Shown: one piece after another, positions 48,637 to 58,871 of the stretch
How the letters are laid out: each line of letters opens with the position of its first letter
Numbering within the stretch: position 1 is the first letter of the stretch
Assembly (NCBI GenBank): GCA_963662285.2
Contig: CAXXMV010000001.1
Location: 1,024,001-1,088,000 of the forward strand
Reading direction: 5' to 3'
From: a bacterium
Lineage (GTDB): Bacteria; Hinthialibacterota; Hinthialibacteria; Hinthialibacterales; Hinthialibacteraceae
DNA length: 64,000 nt
Made by a program: the position numbers and the translations under genes
Notes under the pieces: model-generated
The model's database searches: none
Seen by the model: the letters and a program-made list of their open reading frames with translations, nothing else
What the model was told of the DNA's origin: nothing

Positions 48637-50445
48637 ATGTTATTACATCGAAAAATCGGATTATTGTTATTTATCATTTTGATTGCTTTCAATGCCAGTG
48701 CTCAGGATATCACGTTCTACTTTTCTGCAGGAGATTTTAGCGGTGAACCTGATCGTTTTGGAAATACGCACAAAGTTGTTCCTGAAGATGCTATCGACCC
48801 ACGTTTATTTGGAAATGAAGAATTACTGGATGTATATTTCGATGAAGACAACCTTTGGTTGAAATATCAAGAAGCGGGTAATGTGCTTTTGGTTTCCCAT
48901 GGACCCGGATTTTGGGAAGATGCGCCGGAATTGACTATGGAAATAACTCTGGCCCTGGCTGGGAAATACGAAGTTATTTTCAATTTCCTCGACTCCGATG
49001 AATTTCCAGATACCGGCCCTATCCAGGCAGCGCTGGAGGATGAGGAACTGGTTTTATATTCTCATTCAAACTCTATCGAAGCAACTGGCGGAACAAGGCC
49101 TGGTTATCCGACCGTAGGCAACGAGACATCAGGGAGTATGTTTTGGCATTCCGTAGTATTAGGAGAAGTTGAAGTTGATGCAGGCGGAGTTGTAAAAGTC
49201 CGGGTTGATGATACGCCCGGCGATGATTTCAATCTTCCATCAGAAGGATACGTCACATCCACCTTTCAAGGCGTTACTCTTAGAGTGATTGAATTGAGCG
49301 GTGGATTATCGGAAGTGCAAGTCAGCCCCGGCGCCACTGAATGGACCACAGACGTCAGCGGCAACCAGTTCCGCACCTGGGCGCAGGATGAAGCGGCTTA
49401 TCCAAATTTAGAGGACTGGTTGACCGTCAACGCAAATTCCAATTCTGACAGTTTATGGAATATCCGCGAAGGACTTGGACCATATGGACCGATTATCGAA
49501 TCTTTCCCCCCAGGCGGAGATGATGCTCCTCCTCTGCGAACATCTGTAATTTTCGCCCAAGGCGGAACCTATAAAGTATTCTTAAATATCGGTGATACTG
49601 GCGCCTCCGACCCAGTCGAAAACCTTGAAAGTCCAACCCCGCTCTTGTTTGGATTCGAAGGAGAAGAATTAGCCACCTATCATGCCAACGATGGCGAATT
49701 CAAAGGCACTCCCGGATACAATGACTATGAGATGAGTCTTGGTGAAATCACTGTTCAAGATGGTGAGGAGCGACATTTCATTATTGACGACGCAGTTGAA
49801 TATGAAAATGTACAGCGCACCGTCTACCTCGGTATGCGGTTTGAGTTGCAAGCGGATATTGTACTGGATGAATTCCAGGTCAGCCCCGGCGTTACTGAAC
49901 TTTATACTGACCTCGGTGGTAATCAGTACATGACGTGGCCGCTTGATGAAGCAGCTTATCCCAATCTAGAAGATTGGCTCACAATCAACGCCAGTTCCAA
50001 CTCAGATAGTTTGTGGAATATCCGCGAAGGACTCGGACCTTATGGCCCGATTCTGGAATCTTTCCCTCCAGGTGGAGACGATGCACCCACACTAAAAACC
50101 AGGGTTATTTTCTCCAGAGCGGGAACCTATGATGTATTCCTTAACGTCGGAGACATAGCCGCCTCTGAACCTGAAGAAAACCTCACAAATCCAACACCGC
50201 TTATGTTTGGATTCGAAGGCGGAGAGATGACAACCTATCATCCTAATGATGGCGTATTCAATGGTACGCCCGGCTATAACGACTATGAAATGAGCATCGG
50301 CCAAATCACTGTCGAAGCGGGTGAAGAACACGGCTTTCTAATCGATGACGCAATTGATTATGAAAATGTACAGCGCTCAGTGTATTTAGGCATGCGCTTC
50401 GTCATTGCAGAAGGGACAGCAGTTGACAGTTGGTCGCTTTATTAA
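48637..50445 (+). CDS. Secreted acidic three-domain repeat protein with C-terminal W-x-x-Y tail
   Basis: GGAGG SD; signal peptide ending ASA; 186-aa tandem duplication plus a diverged first copy; ends TAVDSWSLY. Confidence 0.8.
   Translation: MLLHRKIGLLLFIILIAFNASAQDITFYFSAGDFSGEPDRFGNTHKVVPEDAIDPRLFGNEELLDVYFDEDNLWLKYQEAGNVLLVSHGPGFWEDAPELTMEITLALAGKYEVIFNFLDSDEFPDTGPIQAALEDEELVLYSHSNSIEATGGTRPGYPTVGNETSGSMFWHSVVLGEVEVDAGGVVKVRVDDTPGDDFNLPSEGYVTSTFQGVTLRVIELSGGLSEVQVSPGATEWTTDVSGNQFRTWAQDEAAYPNLEDWLTVNANSNSDSLWNIREGLGPYGPIIESFPPGGDDAPPLRTSVIFAQGGTYKVFLNIGDTGASDPVENLESPTPLLFGFEGEELATYHANDGEFKGTPGYNDYEMSLGEITVQDGEERHFIIDDAVEYENVQRTVYLGMRFELQADIVLDEFQVSPGVTELYTDLGGNQYMTWPLDEAAYPNLEDWLTINASSNSDSLWNIREGLGPYGPILESFPPGGDDAPTLKTRVIFSRAGTYDVFLNVGDIAASEPEENLTNPTPLMFGFEGGEMTTYHPNDGVFNGTPGYNDYEMSIGQITVEAGEEHGFLIDDAIDYENVQRSVYLGMRFVIAEGTAVDSWSLY
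49310..50400 (+). repeat. Intragenic tandem duplication, period 558 nt
   Basis: gtcagccccggcg at 49321 and 49879; shared peptides AAYPNLEDWLT, DSLWNIREGLGPYGPI, GTPGYNDYEMS, YLGMRF. Confidence 0.9.
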
Positions 50446-50490
50446 GGAAATAAAATGATAGCCTTAGCAATATATTAACCTTAATGAATT

Positions 50491-50526
50491 AGGGGAGGAG
50501 GTGTATATTTCCTCCTCCCCTTCTTT
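50491..50526 (+). terminator. Intrinsic terminator-like hairpin
   Basis: aggggaggagg/cctcctcccct stem followed by tcttt. Confidence 0.75.
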
Positions 50527-50542
50527 ATAATGGAGAAATTCC

Positions 50543-51190
50543 ATGAAGCGCCGAAACGGATTTACGCTGATAGAATTGCTGATCGTTGTTGCCATCATTG
50601 GGATTCTGGCCGCTATTGCAGTTCCAAACTTTCTCAATGCCCGCACCCGCGCCATTATTTCCCGTGGAATGGCGGATATGAAGAATCTAGGAACTGCTAT
50701 CGAACAGTTTCGTTTGGATCATAATTATTTGCTGATAGACTTTTGGGATGATGACACCCCTCAAGGCATCGAACGAATAGAAATACTTGGGATTCTACCA
50801 TACAACAACGGCCCGGATCGAACCATGATTCAGATTCTCGGTCCACTAACCACACCAGTATCATATATGTCAACCATACCGAAGGATCCATTTAATGTTC
50901 CCACCTCAGCCAAAGATACTGAGGCTTATGTCAAATACGCCAATGGGACTTATATTTACGGCGATAATGAACCTTATTATCCCGGAGAGAATCACGGCAT
51001 CAGCGCCCTACAGACTGCCAACGCCCAAGAGTCAAAACAACGCCCTCTCGCCAAAAACGAATGGGCGCTAATGGGCGTAGGTCCCGATGGCCTATGGCAA
51101 AACACCATGCGGGGTCTTCCCTACAATTCGTCTAACGGATTAGTTAGTTTAGGAGATATTGTCATTAGACAAGGCGGCGGGGGACAATAA
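50543..51190 (+). CDS. Stand-alone GspG-like prepilin (type IV pilin N-methylation domain)
   Basis: RNG|FTLIELLIVVAIIGILAAIAVPNF; TTPVSY..IPKDPF; GVGPDG; YNSSNGLVSLGDI. Confidence 0.88.
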   Translation: MKRRNGFTLIELLIVVAIIGILAAIAVPNFLNARTRAIISRGMADMKNLGTAIEQFRLDHNYLLIDFWDDDTPQGIERIEILGILPYNNGPDRTMIQILGPLTTPVSYMSTIPKDPFNVPTSAKDTEAYVKYANGTYIYGDNEPYYPGENHGISALQTANAQESKQRPLAKNEWALMGVGPDGLWQNTMRGLPYNSSNGLVSLGDIVIRQGGGGQ

Positions 51191-51227
51191 ACAGTTTTAT
51201 CTACAATTTTTTGAAGGAGCGCCAATT

Positions 51228-52694
51228 ATGAACGAACATGAATCTCACCATACAGGTTGCAGTTGTGGACGCCGCAGTTTTGTGGCGACAATGGGCGCCA
51301 GTCTTGGAACGCTTGCCTTTCAATCTGTCGCTGCACAACCCGCATTCAGCCAAACCAATTCAAAAGAGCCAGCAACAATACTAGGAGCATTCCTCTATCC
51401 CCCGTCAGACACATTAAGGAAAAAAGGCCAGTGGTGGAGTTGGCCGGGAAACGATTTTGACGCTGAAGGCCGCCAAAAGCAGTATATGAAGGAACTTAGA
51501 AAAATTGAGCAAAAACTGAATATCCGCTTAACTATAACTGATCAACCGATTGCTGATCAACAAAGCGCTGATCAATTTATTAATCGCGCCCAACAATCCA
51601 ATCCCGATGGAATATTACTCATTCCCTTTTTCAATGGCCATTTCAACCTGCTCGACCATATCCTAAATTCAACATCTCTTAAGCCTGAGTTAATTAAATC
51701 CAATTCCTATATACCTGCCATAGTGTTCTGCTGCCTGGGAGTTCATCACGGCTCTATCATTAAATATCAACGCCAAGGCGTACACTACATTCAATCGCTG
51801 GACAATATGGAAGCAATTGAATACGGCCTGAAAATGATTCAAACCAAAAAATTCATGCAAAACAGCCGCATCATAAGCGTAGCTGGCGCAGAAGATGGTA
51901 AAGAAGCAACCATCCCGTTTTGGGGAACTAAAATAAGAAAAATATCTCTCAAGCGATTTGAAGAAGAAGTAAATAAAACCAAGATAGATGATGCAGTAAA
52001 AAAATTGGCGCGCTCATATAAAAGAAACGCCAAACAAACCATGGAACCAGCCGATCCGGAAATACTCCAGGCGGCCAGAGTTCACTTCGCCAATAAGCGA
52101 ATCCTCGCATCAGAACAGGGCGACGCTATGATGATGGATTGCCTGCGCCGGGGAGAATTAATGCCATGCATGAGTTTCATGACCCTACGAGATGAAGGCA
52201 TCGCCGCTGGATGTGAAAATGATCTAGGCCCGACCTTGACCTTGATGCTGGCCCAACAATTATTCAACCGGCCGGGATTTCAACATAATCCCTGCTTCGA
52301 GACGGAAAGCAACCATTACTTCGCCTCCCATTGCACTTCAGGATCAAAACTATTTGGCATAGATAAACCACAGGAGAAATATATCTTAAGAAACTATGGC
52401 CACACCAACGACCCGACTTGCTGCCCCCAGGTTTTATGGCGCGAAGGAGAAGAGGTTACCATGGCCCGATACATTCCCGGCGCTAATCCAGAGATGCTGG
52501 TCTATTCAGGCAAAGTGATGAAATCCTACGATATGCCTCCAGTAGGCGGATGCCGCACCAGCGTCGAGATATCAATTAATGAATTAGAGGACGCTTGCGG
52601 CGTAAAAGGTCACCATAATGTTATGTTCTATGGAAATTATGCAAGACGCTTAAAGCAGTTCTCAAGGTTATTCGGCATTTCAGTTATCACATAA
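51228..52694 (+). CDS. Tat-exported L-fucose/L-arabinose isomerase-like protein
   Basis: AAGGAG SD before 51228; GRRSFVA twin-arginine signal; PC..F.TL.DEGI.AGCEND, FASHCT, GCRTSV, GHHNVMFYG. Confidence 0.7.
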   Translation: MNEHESHHTGCSCGRRSFVATMGASLGTLAFQSVAAQPAFSQTNSKEPATILGAFLYPPSDTLRKKGQWWSWPGNDFDAEGRQKQYMKELRKIEQKLNIRLTITDQPIADQQSADQFINRAQQSNPDGILLIPFFNGHFNLLDHILNSTSLKPELIKSNSYIPAIVFCCLGVHHGSIIKYQRQGVHYIQSLDNMEAIEYGLKMIQTKKFMQNSRIISVAGAEDGKEATIPFWGTKIRKISLKRFEEEVNKTKIDDAVKKLARSYKRNAKQTMEPADPEILQAARVHFANKRILASEQGDAMMMDCLRRGELMPCMSFMTLRDEGIAAGCENDLGPTLTLMLAQQLFNRPGFQHNPCFETESNHYFASHCTSGSKLFGIDKPQEKYILRNYGHTNDPTCCPQVLWREGEEVTMARYIPGANPEMLVYSGKVMKSYDMPPVGGCRTSVEISINELEDACGVKGHHNVMFYGNYARRLKQFSRLFGISVIT

Positions 52695-52759
52695 CGCCAA
52701 CATTGATAATAAACGGACCTTTTTGATAATCGACCGAGAAACGCAAACTATATAATAGG

Positions 52760-52792
52760 TAGGGATATGGAATAACATATCCCTATTTCTTT
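52760..52792 (+). terminator. Intrinsic terminator
   Basis: tagggatatg/catatcccta stem followed by tttcttt. Confidence 0.7.
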
Positions 52793-52963
52793 GATCTTCC
52801 TTATCCCAAATCGCACTATCCCAAAACCAGCATATTTTTCCATTATCTCATCAGTCATAGGCACTCAAATTGTAAATATTAATTAAAAAGATAAAATTTA
52901 ATTACAATACAGCAATACGGTGATACAATATATACAAACATATACTTATATAAAACTATACAA

Positions 52964-54961
52964 ATGATTAAAATGCCCAACAATCCAAGTCATTCCGTAA
53001 ATAACATCCCTCTGCGAAAATCTAAAACTGATTCCGCAGTAATTTTGGTTCTATTGATCTCATTTTGTCTCTTCACCATCTCTGTATCTATCATGATCTA
53101 CAATACTTGGGAAAAGAGTACAAAGGAAACGATCCTTTTAAATCCCGATTATGAAATTCTAGAGAATGAAACATCCATGTTTTCGTGGCAAAACGAAATA
53201 AGCGCCCCAGTACAATTTCAAAAGAGCAATAATCCAGATAAAGACAGTGGTATGGTTTTTTTAGTCGAAAAGGAAGCAAGCCCAGGTTGGTCAGGAATCG
53301 GAAAACCATTAAATCTAAATAGGCCTCCTTTAAATACCGATAGTCTTATTATAAACATAAAAAACCTTGAATCATCATTATCATTTTTAATTTCAGTTAA
53401 AGAAAAAAAATCACCAGACAATCCGTTTCCTGAATCTTGGGATAAAGAATTGGCATTAAATGACAATGAATGGCATTCAATAAAATTACCGCTGTCTTCT
53501 CTTCAATTTAAAAAATACTATCAACCGGAAGGCCAAGTAGGCAACCGCAAACTTGATCTCAATCTATTAGAACAAATTGCATTGGATTTCCCACCCGATC
53601 AACCAATCCGTCTCCTTCTAGGCTCCATTCATCTTGAGACAAAGCATTATTCCGGCATTTCCACAATTTGTCTTATTCTTAACCTATTTTGGTTGATACA
53701 TCTAATTCAATATGTGATTAAATACGAAATTTTGCGCTCAGACAGGCAATTATTTATTGAATTAGCAAAATTTATGACCTATCAAGTGGTGTTGATTCTC
53801 ACGCCACGTCATTTTGAAACCGGAATTGCTATCAACATTTTACTGGGGATTTCCTTGGTTGAGTCAATTTATATTCTGAATAGGAAACGAGAATGTTGCC
53901 TGTGCTGTTTTGTTATCCTGGGCAGCCCCCTACTGGCAAATATGATCTTGCTTAATTATGCAGAAAATTGGATCATGATCCCCATACTACTTGCAGCACA
54001 TTCATATCACATTATCAATCATTCAAAAATCCAGGGATTTAAATGGAGTATCATTTATTTTGCGTTAATTCTTCTCTTTAACTATTTTGTAATGGGTATG
54101 GATTTTCACATCATTCCTATTTCAGGAGGACTGGCCAGCCTGTTAATCATTTATTCTATGGTTCAAGAACAGAAAAAATACTTAAATCGAGAAAAGGAAC
54201 AACAAAACATTCAAATTTTATTTGAACAACAAGTGTTACATTCTCAAAAGATGGAAGCAATAAGTCAATTTTCACGCGGGATGGCTCATGAATTCAATAA
54301 TCTGCTGACTGGCATCATTGGTAATTTAAACCTTATTAAACTGAAAAATCACCCGGATATCTCAGATTATGTTGAAAATGCCAGTCAAGCTGCGACGCGG
54401 GCAGCCGAACAAATACGCCAGTTGAATTTATTCAGCCAGTTATCAAAAACCCAGCCTCAATCATTTCAATTAGAAGATGTTGTTAAAAACACGCTGAATG
54501 CATTCCAGAAAAACCTACATAAACATATTATTCTTAACACCCATATTCCAAATGATATTCCTCCAATAAATGCCGATCCGGTGCGCTTAAAAATGGTTTT
54601 AATGAATTTATTAATCAATGCCAGAGACGCCATTGATCAAGCAAAAAGTGAATTAATGGAAAAGCAATTCATAATCAACCTTGAAATAAAGTTAATCGAT
54701 ATAGAACTCAATCCAAAAACAATTGATATCAAACCAGGGAAATACGTAGTACTCATTCTATCTGATAATGGTATTGGCATCGATGATGAAACACGGAAGC
54801 ATATCTTCGATCCTTTTTATTCAACCAAAGAAGTTGGAATGGGAGTAGGATTGGGATTAACCAGTGCGTATGGCATAATTAAAGAATTTCAGGGCTGGAT
54901 TGATGTAGAAAGTGAACTCCATAAAGGAACTACTTTCAGTATCTATCTACCATTAAAGTAG
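52964..54961 (+). CDS. Membrane sensor histidine kinase with an extracytoplasmic CBM11/CIA30-like domain
   Basis: H-box GMAHEFNNLL, N-box MNLLINARDA, DNGIGI, FDPFYSTK, GVGLGL; several TM helices; sensor motif W..IKLPLSSL....YQP......KLDL. Confidence 0.85.
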   Translation: MIKMPNNPSHSVNNIPLRKSKTDSAVILVLLISFCLFTISVSIMIYNTWEKSTKETILLNPDYEILENETSMFSWQNEISAPVQFQKSNNPDKDSGMVFLVEKEASPGWSGIGKPLNLNRPPLNTDSLIINIKNLESSLSFLISVKEKKSPDNPFPESWDKELALNDNEWHSIKLPLSSLQFKKYYQPEGQVGNRKLDLNLLEQIALDFPPDQPIRLLLGSIHLETKHYSGISTICLILNLFWLIHLIQYVIKYEILRSDRQLFIELAKFMTYQVVLILTPRHFETGIAINILLGISLVESIYILNRKRECCLCCFVILGSPLLANMILLNYAENWIMIPILLAAHSYHIINHSKIQGFKWSIIYFALILLFNYFVMGMDFHIIPISGGLASLLIIYSMVQEQKKYLNREKEQQNIQILFEQQVLHSQKMEAISQFSRGMAHEFNNLLTGIIGNLNLIKLKNHPDISDYVENASQAATRAAEQIRQLNLFSQLSKTQPQSFQLEDVVKNTLNAFQKNLHKHIILNTHIPNDIPPINADPVRLKMVLMNLLINARDAIDQAKSELMEKQFIINLEIKLIDIELNPKTIDIKPGKYVVLILSDNGIGIDDETRKHIFDPFYSTKEVGMGVGLGLTSAYGIIKEFQGWIDVESELHKGTTFSIYLPLK

Positions 54962-54994
54962 TTGTCAAAATAATGTTATGATTGGCGATTCTCT

Positions 54995-57900
54995 CTATCT
55001 AGAAAATCTCTGTATAAACCACCAAAGAACAAGCGCCACTAAAGCCAGAATAGAGATGGCGGCGCCACGCCCTATGGATTCCGGCCAGTATACCAGTTCG
55101 ATTTCATGTCTGCCTTCTTTAACCTCTATCCCCCTGAAGTAATAGTTTATCTGTTTAATGGATTTTAGAACGCCATCAACATACGCCTTCCAACCGGGAT
55201 AGAATATCTCGCTGATAAATAACAGTTCATCACCATCACTTTTGCCAGTTAGCCGAAGATGGCTGGGCGATATCTCTTCTACCCCCCAGGGATCAATAGA
55301 ATCTGGTGGAGTGGGATATTGAGTATCACAGGCTATTCTTTCAATCTCATCCATTGGATTTTCAGGGATAAATTGTTCAACGGAAGAATTTAGTTCTGCA
55401 TGACTCAGCGCCGGACCTCCAGGATAACGGGTGTATATGAAAGCATCCTTCTCTTGGCCTCCTATCTCAATAAAATGAGAAGCGCCTTTGACGGCGATGA
55501 AGGCATGTGAATTATGCTTTCGCATATCAGGTGGTTCGATGGAAAGGATGAATTCCGAACCAAGTTCATGCAACACATCGCGCGTTGCGCGGGTCATTAA
55601 ATCAGTGCCATCATCGCGTATGGCACCGAAGATATAATTACCCTCTTCTACCGAATTGATAAACTCGCGCATACGGCGGTTTTCCATTGGAGTTAAACTT
55701 AAATCACCGGACTCTCCAATAGAAGGGTCAAAATCCTTTAACAAATCAAACGAGTCGCTGGCGATAACATTAAATTTTTCCGGCTCCGCCACAACCAGGT
55801 TATAACCTCGTTTATTCAACGCAAATTCCCGCCCCCCGATTAGGATGCTGGCCGAATCGGTAGCAGGGATTTCTCCAGTTTTTTTGGGAGCGGAGAATAT
55901 CATCACCGGCGCGGCAAATTGCATGGCTCCAGTGGCGCCAAGTATATTAGCGCTGATATCAAAACGCCAATCATGGGGACGCATTTCGTTTATTTCAGTA
56001 TAGAATCTGCGCCATTCTATTGATTTATCCTCCGACGCAATAGCTATCGGTTGAGGCTTAGGCGCCAGGAAGCCATTCATATAAAATGACTTTTCAGTTT
56101 GCAAAACCAATGCTTCCGTAGCGCTGTAAATCTCCAATGCAGAACCTATCGGGGCGCCTTTTCTACCGACTATAGCATGAGCCAACTGGTATTCACCTCT
56201 AACATCCAATGAAGCGCCAATTGATCGTAATGCAGCCAAACCTATGGGAAGCAAATTATTAGTCGCGTTATCCTTAATAGCTGCAAATACAAATTTCCCA
56301 TCAGGGATATCACTGAAAAATTTCAGCATACGCTGATGCATTAATCGCTCAGCATCCAGGATGCCTTTCATTAAGTTAAATCCCTTTACATCCTCAACTT
56401 CTCCAGTTAATTGATCCGCAACTGCAAAATAATATCCAGGCTCATCATTATTGATCCCTTCGAAATAGTTCTTGCCATTAATTACCAGGAAAGCATTCTT
56501 TTCAGTTGCCTGAGCTGAACAACTGGCTAAAAGAAATGGTAGGGGAAATAAAGCATTATCTGGAATTTCCGGATGATCATCGCTGGATTCTTCATCTGTT
56601 AAAATCACTTGCCGAAACGGGAAGGATTGCAATATCAAAAGACGCCGTTGTAGTAATTGCTCTGCATGAAAACGCTCAGACGTACTCCATGCACGGGGCA
56701 TTTGATTATTGATGAAATGCAGCCGTTCAGTTTGCCGTGTTATTTGCAGTGGAAATTCGTCCAGATCAGTAAGAATCGCGCCAGTTCCCAATAACCGCAG
56801 TAGAGATAGATTTGGCTTTGATGGAAACGGGATATTTACGTCATCACGCAATTCTAAATGTATACGCGGAGTTAATGGAGATTGCCCATCGAATTCATAG
56901 AAATCCTGAGCGGCGCCATGATATAAAGTACGGTTTCCCCCCGCCGCAAACAAGACTTTGGTTCTATGGTTCCAAGTTGATTGATGCAGTATGTCAACTT
57001 CATCATCAATCGAATAGCCCCCCGGTCCAGGCGCAAGGTCGAATGTCCTGAAATGGGTTCCCAAATCAAACCAACATAAAACTATAGCCGAAATAGCGAA
57101 GACAACTGGTCTAATACGCTGTTGCGCCGCAGCATGAAATAATGCCAGAAACACCCCGCCAAACATCACCATGTACAAAAACGAGCGTAACAATGATTGA
57201 TGTAGTTGCGACTGCACCTCTTTGGCAGCATTAAATCCGGTAGAAATTACCGCCCAAAGCAGCGTGATAACCAATAATCCGACAATACACCAGACGATCT
57301 TCCAAAACATTGGCGCCAGCGCCTTCCGCGCAGCGGACTGGTTTTGACGCAGGAAATAATCCAACTCGCGACCAGCAGCCAAAGCTAACGGCAGGCTGGC
57401 GAAATATATCCACCGACTCGGCGCCCGCACCCATGCCGCTCCGGGAACCAGTAGATATGAAATATCGTAAGCAAAGAGATGTTCCCCAAGCGACAAAGTT
57501 ACAGCAACTATAAAAACGCCTAAAAGATACTTAAAAAGAGGATCCAGTTTGCCGCGTATCAGAGTATGCAAAGCCAACAATAATGGAATTAACCCCCAAT
57601 AGAAGACTTCATTCTGTGAAATAAACCTCATGGCTTCTGGAAGAAAGGCTTCTACTAATTCCAAAGGAGGCAGCGAAAACTCCACGCTGCTTTGAAATAC
57701 ATCCGCATTGGAGCGCGCGCTTTCCCGGATAAGTTCCATGGTCGGGTAAAGTTGAATCGCCGCCAAGGTCGGCGCTAAAACCAGAACCGCAAGGATAGGC
57801 AAAACTCTTGTAGTAAAGATACTTTTATTGAGAACCGTTGAATTATGCTTTTCATAAACGCCGTAAACCAAACGCGCGGTTAATAGAAGAGTAATATAAA

Positions 57901-58549
57901 GCGATGACTGCGGGTGCCCCGCCAGATAGGCCAAGGCCATTAACAACGACAAACCCATCAAACATTGTATTCTGTCTTCACGAATCCAGCGTTCCGCCAG
58001 AAGAAGCATCCATGGAAACCATACAATAGTAAAAAGCATGTTGGTATGTTGCTTATGAGCGCAATGAAATCCACAGAAGGTAAAAGCGATAGCCGATAAT
58101 CCAGCGCTCAGTGGAGATAATCCAATGTAACGCGCCAAACGGTATGCTCCCAGACCGGCAATAAAGAAATGCAGCAGAACCAACCACTGAGTGACCTGAA
58201 AAGCGCTTTCAGGCGAATTAGAAAATGGAATCAATACCCAATTGAATGGATACAGCAAACCTGCTTCACAATTGGCAAAGCCCGGCCAGCCGCCAAATTG
58301 ATACGGATCCCATAGTGGAATAAATCCATTGAGCAACTGCCGGAATAAACCAATTCGCGTAGGATAATCTTTGACGAAAATATCACCAGAAAAATGCATA
58401 CTGTCGGCCAGAGATGGAATCCAGATCCGCCACCAAAACAGAAGAATTAACGCCGCCAGAATCAATATGACTATGCCGTATTCTCTGATTGGACCAGTTG
58501 TGCGTGAAGAATTTGGTTGATTCATTTTGTAACCTGTTAATAAGAACAT
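54995..58549 (-). CDS. YfhO-family (GT-C-like) multi-TM protein with two inserted ILEI/GG-type domains
   Basis: IPLWDPYQFGGWP, YPFNW, AGHPQ, RAPSRW, SEIFYPGWKAYVDG..G.H.IEL.Y.P; two inserts with GY...V.D....F...IP/VEEG..F.AI.D. Start may be 58525. Confidence 0.8.
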   Translation of the reverse strand: MFLLTGYKMNQPNSSRTTGPIREYGIVILILAALILLFWWRIWIPSLADSMHFSGDIFVKDYPTRIGLFRQLLNGFIPLWDPYQFGGWPGFANCEAGLLYPFNWVLIPFSNSPESAFQVTQWLVLLHFFIAGLGAYRLARYIGLSPLSAGLSAIAFTFCGFHCAHKQHTNMLFTIVWFPWMLLLAERWIREDRIQCLMGLSLLMALAYLAGHPQSSLYITLLLTARLVYGVYEKHNSTVLNKSIFTTRVLPILAVLVLAPTLAAIQLYPTMELIRESARSNADVFQSSVEFSLPPLELVEAFLPEAMRFISQNEVFYWGLIPLLLALHTLIRGKLDPLFKYLLGVFIVAVTLSLGEHLFAYDISYLLVPGAAWVRAPSRWIYFASLPLALAAGRELDYFLRQNQSAARKALAPMFWKIVWCIVGLLVITLLWAVISTGFNAAKEVQSQLHQSLLRSFLYMVMFGGVFLALFHAAAQQRIRPVVFAISAIVLCWFDLGTHFRTFDLAPGPGGYSIDDEVDILHQSTWNHRTKVLFAAGGNRTLYHGAAQDFYEFDGQSPLTPRIHLELRDDVNIPFPSKPNLSLLRLLGTGAILTDLDEFPLQITRQTERLHFINNQMPRAWSTSERFHAEQLLQRRLLILQSFPFRQVILTDEESSDDHPEIPDNALFPLPFLLASCSAQATEKNAFLVINGKNYFEGINNDEPGYYFAVADQLTGEVEDVKGFNLMKGILDAERLMHQRMLKFFSDIPDGKFVFAAIKDNATNNLLPIGLAALRSIGASLDVRGEYQLAHAIVGRKGAPIGSALEIYSATEALVLQTEKSFYMNGFLAPKPQPIAIASEDKSIEWRRFYTEINEMRPHDWRFDISANILGATGAMQFAAPVMIFSAPKKTGEIPATDSASILIGGREFALNKRGYNLVVAEPEKFNVIASDSFDLLKDFDPSIGESGDLSLTPMENRRMREFINSVEEGNYIFGAIRDDGTDLMTRATRDVLHELGSEFILSIEPPDMRKHNSHAFIAVKGASHFIEIGGQEKDAFIYTRYPGGPALSHAELNSSVEQFIPENPMDEIERIACDTQYPTPPDSIDPWGVEEISPSHLRLTGKSDGDELLFISEIFYPGWKAYVDGVLKSIKQINYYFRGIEVKEGRHEIELVYWPESIGRGAAISILALVALVLWWFIQRFSR

Positions 58550-58871
58550 TATTTCAATAATCGCTTTAGCATATCAGAACTCTGTTTTTTGGGCTATGAG
58601 TTATAATACTAAAAACTCACATTATATTTTTATCTTGTCATCTGTTTCATTCCCACCAAACTTTCCAAACAAAAAAAATTCTCTCCATGAACGCTCAACC
58701 ATCCTTCATGATCAAAAAAATGCGGCTAGGGTATTCATTTAATTCGACATGTGTTCTAATTATGCTTTAACTATACTATGCAGGATGGATGCTATTCTCA
58801 GGGCGTTATAACTACTCGTCCATGATGATTCATCTTTGTGATTTCATATTAATATATTAATCAGGGATTTT

